A DNA stretch of 64,000 nucleotides, taken from positions 186,001 through 250,000 of IMG/VR virus record IMGVR_UViG_3300042545_001134; one strand, written 5' to 3'. The notes below the pieces were generated by a model. The model was not told the origin of the DNA, searched no databases, and worked only from the letters and a program-made list of their open reading frames with translations. Below are positions 58,242-64,000 of this stretch, in pieces. The first letter of the stretch is position 1. Every line of letters starts with the position of its first letter. A program made the position numbers and the translations under genes.

Positions 58242-59414
58242 ATCTTTTAGAGAATTTTCCATATTTGTACCCGTTTCTATTTTGTTAATGATTTCCTTCC
58301 ACACATCGATGATAGGTTGGTCGACATATTTTTTGTCGTCAGTAGGTAATTTTATACTTACGGATTTCATATTTTCATCGTATGTTGCCGACGTAGTGTC
58401 ATCAACATCCATTATGAATTGTAATCCATGTTTGGTACAGTACATGAAGAATTCGTAAAAAATCTTCGATTTAAAAATTTGGCTAATTGGTTCTTCCATC
58501 ATGATTGATTTTGGGTCGAATGTATATGTGTCTCCACTGTTTAAATGTTTTTGTTCAGTAAATAAATTTGGGTCCATTCTAAAAAACAACATCCTTGTTG
58601 GGTTTATTGTAATTTCATTTGGGGTATACTTAATATTCATTTCTGTTATTACTAAGTAATCAACACCCATTTGGTTGTAGAACTTCGTATTGATTGGACT
58701 GTAGATTGTATTACCGTCATAAATTTTAGCGGACTTTACTTGGTATTTTTTTACAATACTCTCATCTGATTTTTCGGTGGTGTATAAATCGACCCCATTG
58801 AAATCGTCTTTATTACCTTTAATGGTGGAACTTCGGTATACGTTGTATTTTATTAGTTTAGACCTAAACAAATACTCAACACACAACTCCGCTAATGTCC
58901 CTACACCCATTGTACTTATTGATTTGTCAATTAATATCGATAAGAAATCATTGTCAGTTAAAGTACTTTGGTCTTTGAATATTTTATCTCCGTAATGATT
59001 TAACCAAAAGAAATACTTTTCCAATTCACTGAATGCGTATTCAATCGTTGTGTTTGTTTTGTCGAATTGTATTAACTCAACCTTTCTCCCTTCAAACTCA
59101 TCAATACCTCTAGCAATGAAGTCATTTGATAACTGTTGGTTCAGATATTGTGAAATATATTCATTACAAGTAGGGTGAGTGTTGAATTGATTAATTCTCG
59201 ACCAACCTCCGAAAGGTGTCAAAACACCGGTCATTTCATTGTGAACACAAGTACCGTATTGATTATATTTTGTATAATATTTTACATAAATGGCGTCCCA
59301 ACTAACCTTCAAATACCTCTTAACTTCCTTATATTGACCATTTCCGGAACATATTTTCTTTAAAAGGTAAACAAACTTACCGTCTTTATATTTAATATTA
59401 CTTCTTAGTTTCAA
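58221..59414 (-). CDS. putative PD-(D/E)xK-family nuclease-domain protein
   Basis: GTLAE...DDFNGVDLY...YQVKS fits the E...D...(Q/E)xK pattern; TATATTTG promoter at 59434-59441; start codon uncertain (TTG). Confidence 0.5.
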   Translation of the reverse strand: MKLRSNIKYKDGKFVYLLKKICSGNGQYKEVKRYLKVSWDAIYVKYYTKYNQYGTCVHNEMTGVLTPFGGWSRINQFNTHPTCNEYISQYLNQQLSNDFIARGIDEFEGRKVELIQFDKTNTTIEYAFSELEKYFFWLNHYGDKIFKDQSTLTDNDFLSILIDKSISTMGVGTLAELCVEYLFRSKLIKYNVYRSSTIKGNKDDFNGVDLYTTEKSDESIVKKYQVKSAKIYDGNTIYSPINTKFYNQMGVDYLVITEMNIKYTPNEITINPTRMLFFRMDPNLFTEQKHLNSGDTYTFDPKSIMMEEPISQIFKSKIFYEFFMYCTKHGLQFIMDVDDTTSATYDENMKSVSIKLPTDDKKYVDQPIIDVWKEIINKIETGTNMENSLKDLEKFHK

Positions 59415-59433
59415 AACATTTCAATTAATAACT

Positions 59434-59441
59434 CAAATATA
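59434..59441 (-). promoter_or_regulatory. Bacteroidota-type -7 promoter element TATATTTG
   Basis: Exact TAnnTTTG match about 20 nt upstream of the 58221..59414 gene. Confidence 0.55.
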
Positions 59442-59466
59442 CGAATATTTATAGATAAAACAAAAT

Positions 59467-60585
59467 ATGTCTGCTACGATTATTACAAATCCTGAAAAAC
59501 AGAAGTTATACACTCAAGTATTCCACTTATTAGGATTACCTGTTAGAGGTATTGAACTTACTGAGGAACAAATGGATACGTTTTTAGAATTGTCACTTTC
59601 TGAATACGAACAATACGTGAACGATTGGTTAATCGAGTCACAATGGTCATCATTAATCGGTATAGATGTTGATACCCAATCTTTAACTCGTGCATTCACA
59701 ACCAGAAGTTTGGATTATGAAACACAATTTTCACATGCATATTCTAAAATCGTAGGTTTACAAACAGGTGGAAACTCTGAACTTAAAAAAGACTATTTTG
59801 AATTATCAGCAAACACACAAACCTATATTGTTCCCGCAGGAAGAGAAATAAATGAATTATTATGGTTCTCAAGAGCGGAATTAACCGATTCTATCGTTGA
59901 CCCGTTTTTAGGGGGATTTGGTGGTCTTGGTGGTGTTGGTTTTGGTGGTGTGGGTGGTTTTGCACAACAAGGTACATCGGGTTCTTACTTTATGTTACCC
60001 GCATTTGACCTTTTATTAAGAATGGGTGATAGAAATCTTAAAAACCGATTAATCGGTGGTGATTTAACCTATAGAATAACGGCGGGACCTAATAGTACCA
60101 AAGTAGTTCACTTATATAATGTACCGGGTGGTAGATTCGATTTTGGTTCTATTCAAAACAACCGTAGTAAGGTTTGGTATTGGTATTATGACACCATGGA
60201 TAGAGATACGTGTTTAGATAAAAACAAAGATATCATCAAATTACCTTCAGATGTTGACGTTGAACAATTGACGTGGGATATGTTAAATAAACCAGCACAA
60301 AACTGGGTTAGAAAATATCTTATTGCATATTCTAAAGAAGGGTTAGGAAGAATTTGGGGTAAGTACTCGGGTGATATACAAGTACCTGATAGTCAAATTA
60401 AATTGGATTACACTTCATTGTTAACTGAAGGTAAAGATGAAAAGTTAAAACTAATCGAAGAGTTAATGCAGAGATTGGAAAGACTTCGTCCTGACAAAAT
60501 TCTTGAGAGAAAAGGGAATGAAGCAGAAAACCTTAATAAGGCATTAAAGTATAGACCCTTCCAATCTCCGTATAACGTAATCTAA
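59467..60585 (+). CDS. neck protein / head-tail adaptor (T4 gp13-like)
   Basis: LLGLPVRGIELTEEQMD and WVRKYLIAYSKEGLGRIWGKY...LLTEGKDEK; late motif at 59446-59453. Confidence 0.8.
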   Translation: MSATIITNPEKQKLYTQVFHLLGLPVRGIELTEEQMDTFLELSLSEYEQYVNDWLIESQWSSLIGIDVDTQSLTRAFTTRSLDYETQFSHAYSKIVGLQTGGNSELKKDYFELSANTQTYIVPAGREINELLWFSRAELTDSIVDPFLGGFGGLGGVGFGGVGGFAQQGTSGSYFMLPAFDLLLRMGDRNLKNRLIGGDLTYRITAGPNSTKVVHLYNVPGGRFDFGSIQNNRSKVWYWYYDTMDRDTCLDKNKDIIKLPSDVDVEQLTWDMLNKPAQNWVRKYLIAYSKEGLGRIWGKYSGDIQVPDSQIKLDYTSLLTEGKDEKLKLIEELMQRLERLRPDKILERKGNEAENLNKALKYRPFQSPYNVI

Positions 60586-63483
60586 TTAACTTTCAATTAC
60601 ATGAAATGCATAATCGATTCCATTGGTTTCGATTATTTCATCTTCATTACTCTTGATACTCGCCTCTTGTAGTTTTACAACTTTTCTGTTGTGGTCAACC
60701 CAATATTGGTCGACCAATTCAAGACTGTTATCTACATACATAAAGAATGGGTCTCGTTGTACTCTATTCCAAAATATAACCTCACCATCAGATAAAGTCA
60801 TTACTTCATCAAACTTATCTTGACCCTCTTCTTTTAATGGGAAACCACTCACAAGTTCACATTGTGTTTTAGTAAAGTATTGTCTGTCCTTCGGGTCCTC
60901 AATTAAAATATCCTCACGAATAGATGGATTAAATGCAACCAATAGTGGTTCCACTCGTTTGTTAAAATTGGTAAGATATCGAGCAATATTATATTCACCC
61001 GTTAAATTGGGGTTATCCATAATCTCCTTTTCAGGAATCATATAACAATTGATTTGAATATAATTGTCGGGGATTGTTGTTCCGTGTTTCGCTAAAAAAT
61101 CCTCTTGTTGTTTTTTAGTTGCCTTAGTAACCTTTTGAACATCTCCATCTGATTTTTTAAAACCATTGTTTACATAGTATATGGTTTCACCAAGACCAGC
61201 GGGATAATCATTTTGAAGAATTAATTCCATGTGGGCCTGTCTTGACATTAACGAACCTGACTTAGTTGTTTTCTGAATATGTTTTCTATATTCATTTACG
61301 GATTGTTTAACACGAGATTTATTGGCAATTTTTGCCAAAGGAATTTCTTGATTATAAATCATCCCCACATATTTGTAGTAAAGTTCTACAAAAGACAAAC
61401 CATCACCATCTAAAAGGTATTTTAATCCCTCATCTAAGAAGTCAACAACATATTGTGATAATTTTTTAGATTTAATGGTGTTACCTGTTAATTTAATAAC
61501 CTCTTTACCTTTTTTATTTAATTTAATTATGTAATTTTTTCTCGATACATTAAGACATGAAGGTGCCACATAATCAATATCTAAACCCATTTCATTTCTC
61601 ATAAAGATATCGTTAAACTCCGCGGTGTCCGCCTCAATCCCACGATATTCCTTACCTTCGATAACTAATTCATTTAAACCCTTACCTATATAAACCGTAT
61701 CATTAATATTGTCGGGGGTCTCAAAGTTTACACCGTCCGTATCCATTACGAGTGGTTTATACCCTTTCTTCATGTAGAACATAATCATCATACGTAAACA
61801 TTGACGACCTGTACATGTAATCGTTTCACCCATATTCATGTCACCCCATGGGAATACGTGTGGTGCAGATAACGAACCAAAGTATGCGTTGATAAAAATC
61901 TTAATCGGTAACTGTTTACGGTCATACATCTCAGATGCAACGGGGTCACTTGATTTTAATTCACCAGCAAGATGTTTGTATTTGATACGAATGTTACGGA
62001 AGTATTTTAACATTGATTTCTGTACACCCATAACATCACAATCGGGGAACACATCGTATACTAATTGAATAGATGGATATAGTGACGAGTAGTCAAACTT
62101 AACAATGTTCTTTGCATAACCCACATTCAATAAACGAGATAAACCTCCTGTAATTGAACGTCTTTCGTCCTTTGCCGGTATTGCTAAATTGTTTTCGTAT
62201 GACCACGCCAACATAATAATCTTCCACAATGTTGCGGTACCCATCGTTGCGATTCTCTCATATGTGGTGGGTACGACTTTCGAAAGTAGAAACGTAGATT
62301 GACTGAATGAATCATCAACAATCATAGTTTCATACAAGTCATCGTCAAGATATTGTTCGACGATTTTACGACCTGTCCATATTTCAAACTTACCGGGATA
62401 TTTCTCTAATAAACCTTCAGTTCCAACATCACCGATTTTTTTATACTTTCCTGTTTTTGGATTTAAATAATAACTTTCGTTATCTAAATAAATCTTTGAA
62501 ATCCACGCACCATCAACGTAAACACGATTCTCTTTTTCTTTTTCCAAATACTTCGTAATGTACTTCAATCCCCACGATTTAATTTCTGAGTTGATTGCCT
62601 GTGCTCTACGAACTGAGTGTGCAATGTCAATAATGTTAAATCCCCAAATTACGTGTTGAGTGTAATCTTCTTGCTCATTCGCAAGTTTTAACATTCCCTT
62701 TTTCTCTTTGATTCCTTGTGATGTAAGGATTTGAGTAAGAGAACTCACATCAACATCTAATATTTCGGCACGTTTTAATATAAACGGCCAGTCAAAGAAT
62801 GCTGAGTTATATCCACCAATAATAGTTGGTTTTAATTCTCTAATAACATTAAAGAATCTCTCAATACATTTCTTTTCTCCATCTTCACCAAAGGCAGAGA
62901 TGGTCTCAGTTACACCACGGTTGTCCTTAACTCCAATCAAAATGATATTACAAGTTTCGGGGTCTAAACCTGTGGTCTCGATATCGAATACGAATCGATG
63001 AACACCACTATACTCCTCAATACCCTTAAACAATCTTTTTTTCTTTTGAATCAAATATTGTTCTGCGGGGTTCAAAATGGTAAACAACTGTTTTGTTTTT
63101 TCACCCCATGGGTCGATACCACCTTGTTTAAAAAAGTTAATTAACTCGGTGTACCCTTTCATGCACTTAACTAAGTAGGTCATACCAAGTTCAAGACGTT
63201 CATTACCATGGGTTTCCAATTTTTCAATCAGAATACCGTATTCCCCCATTTTTTTCTTTTGGAGTGCCTTGTTGTTTTGATAGAAATTAAATCCCGTTAG
63301 GTCTCCAACCCAAAGAAAGGGGACAATTGTGTCCTGTTTAACGATTTTACCCTTTTCGGGGTCTTGGATAATTTTGTAGATTTTGTTGGTTCTGTAGTCA
63401 TACTCAACCCCTACTATGAATTCTTCGGGGTCCCAACCATTTAAGAAACCCTCGATGGTTTCTTGAGAAATTACTTCTGCCAT
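60586..63483 (-). CDS. family B DNA polymerase with 3'-5' exonuclease
   Basis: ExoI FDIETTG, ExoII GYNSAFFDWPF, motif A DYSSLYPS, motif B KIFINAYFG, motif C MDTDG. Confidence 0.96.
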   Translation of the reverse strand: MAEVISQETIEGFLNGWDPEEFIVGVEYDYRTNKIYKIIQDPEKGKIVKQDTIVPFLWVGDLTGFNFYQNNKALQKKKMGEYGILIEKLETHGNERLELGMTYLVKCMKGYTELINFFKQGGIDPWGEKTKQLFTILNPAEQYLIQKKKRLFKGIEEYSGVHRFVFDIETTGLDPETCNIILIGVKDNRGVTETISAFGEDGEKKCIERFFNVIRELKPTIIGGYNSAFFDWPFILKRAEILDVDVSSLTQILTSQGIKEKKGMLKLANEQEDYTQHVIWGFNIIDIAHSVRRAQAINSEIKSWGLKYITKYLEKEKENRVYVDGAWISKIYLDNESYYLNPKTGKYKKIGDVGTEGLLEKYPGKFEIWTGRKIVEQYLDDDLYETMIVDDSFSQSTFLLSKVVPTTYERIATMGTATLWKIIMLAWSYENNLAIPAKDERRSITGGLSRLLNVGYAKNIVKFDYSSLYPSIQLVYDVFPDCDVMGVQKSMLKYFRNIRIKYKHLAGELKSSDPVASEMYDRKQLPIKIFINAYFGSLSAPHVFPWGDMNMGETITCTGRQCLRMMIMFYMKKGYKPLVMDTDGVNFETPDNINDTVYIGKGLNELVIEGKEYRGIEADTAEFNDIFMRNEMGLDIDYVAPSCLNVSRKNYIIKLNKKGKEVIKLTGNTIKSKKLSQYVVDFLDEGLKYLLDGDGLSFVELYYKYVGMIYNQEIPLAKIANKSRVKQSVNEYRKHIQKTTKSGSLMSRQAHMELILQNDYPAGLGETIYYVNNGFKKSDGDVQKVTKATKKQQEDFLAKHGTTIPDNYIQINCYMIPEKEIMDNPNLTGEYNIARYLTNFNKRVEPLLVAFNPSIREDILIEDPKDRQYFTKTQCELVSGFPLKEEGQDKFDEVMTLSDGEVIFWNRVQRDPFFMYVDNSLELVDQYWVDHNRKVVKLQEASIKSNEDEIIETNGIDYAFHVIES

Positions 63484-63546
63484 ATTTGTATATTTTTTAG
63501 TTGACCCATTATCTTATGACGGAATTGTCATAGTTTGTCTTAGGGC

Positions 63547-63554
63547 CAAATATA
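63547..63554 (-). promoter_or_regulatory. Bacteroidota-type -7 promoter element TATATTTG for the DNA polymerase
   Basis: Exact TAnnTTTG match in the intergenic region upstream of pol. Confidence 0.6.
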
Positions 63555-63572
63555 CAAAAATATATTGATAAA

Positions 63573-63941
63573 TTAAAAAATGGTAATAAATAATTTTTCC
63601 TTTACGGGTAAAATTAACTTTGTCGTTGGACTTAGACTGGTGTTTAAGAATTGAATTGTAACTTTACCTTCGTACTTACCGGGTTTAATTGTTTGAGATT
63701 CAGTAAATCTATGAACAATATAGTACTCGTCAGTTGTTTGGTTGTATTTTTTGTCTCTCGTTGTGATTTGACAATCGGAATTTAAAATCTCAGGTTCACC
63801 AGTAACCACATCATACATATCAAATGTGATGTCACATAATTCCAATGAGTCATTGAATGATGATTTATCATTTTTACCATCATCAATTAGTTTCATTTTC
63901 AATATGGGTTCAGATGCCCCTTGTCTGATAAAAAATTCCAT
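63573..63941 (-). CDS. BppU-N-like / Ig-like small structural protein
   Basis: FFIRQG..EPILKMKL...GKYEGKVTIQF...LILP pattern. Confidence 0.5.
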   Translation of the reverse strand: MEFFIRQGASEPILKMKLIDDGKNDKSSFNDSLELCDITFDMYDVVTGEPEILNSDCQITTRDKKYNQTTDEYYIVHRFTESQTIKPGKYEGKVTIQFLNTSLSPTTKLILPVKEKLFITIF

Positions 63942-64000
63942 TACTTAATTGTTAAAATAAATTCGTTACCTGATTTAAATGGTGCGTTATCTTCATTTTT
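63941..64000 (-). CDS. C-terminal end of an upstream gene (partial)
   Basis: Open frame ...KNEDNAPFKSGNEFILTIK* ending in a TAATG overlap with the 63941 start. Confidence 0.6.
   Translation of the reverse strand, partial: KNEDNAPFKSGNEFILTIK

Noticed and set aside
13646-62068. Remaining short (60-146 aa) ORFs nested in or antisense to long genes
   Set aside because: They are fully overlapped by well-supported genes and show no recognisable motifs or promoter signals.
26896-63483. Inteins or introns in NrdA, the helicases, RecA or the polymerase
   Set aside because: Lengths and motif spacing are ordinary; no intein-like or LAGLIDADG blocks or split ORFs were seen.
1-64000. Stop-codon reassignment, as seen in some large phages
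   Set aside because: Genes are full length and densely packed under code 11. The gene ends checked use TAA, and no gene appears broken by in-frame TAG or TGA.

Overview
AT-rich segment of a large (probably jumbo) T4-superfamily-like myophage genome, almost all on the minus strand and in the standard genetic code. It holds neck, tail sheath, tail tube, tail chaperone, tape-measure, hub and baseplate genes. A replication block (class Ia NrdAB, DnaB-like helicase, 5'-3' exonuclease, RecA/UvsX, gp32-like SSB) interrupts the baseplate genes, and a family B DNA polymerase, a SNF2 helicase and a RuvC-like resolvase lie elsewhere in the window. TAnnTTTG-type promoters, A-rich starts without obvious Shine-Dalgarno sequences and a eukaryote/Bacteroidota-type NrdAB suggest a Bacteroidota host (inference). 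The most unusual signals are: (1) a [S/T]-G-x-T motif enriched about 10-fold only in putatively surface-exposed virion proteins, a candidate modification (glycosylation) sequon; (2) five adjacent genes built as anchor / Pro-Thr mucin-like linker / Cys-rich module, including about 830 aa of PT repeats in one baseplate protein; (3) a pseudoknotted RNA after nrdA; (4) a parS-like site next to a CTAG palindrome cluster; (5) an unannotated +1/-2 frameshift extension of the tail chaperone; (6) a late-gene motif TATTTAT, the reverse complement of the T4 late promoter; and (7) an unannotated ribbon-helix-helix gene. All calls come from motif recognition by eye; no searches were run.
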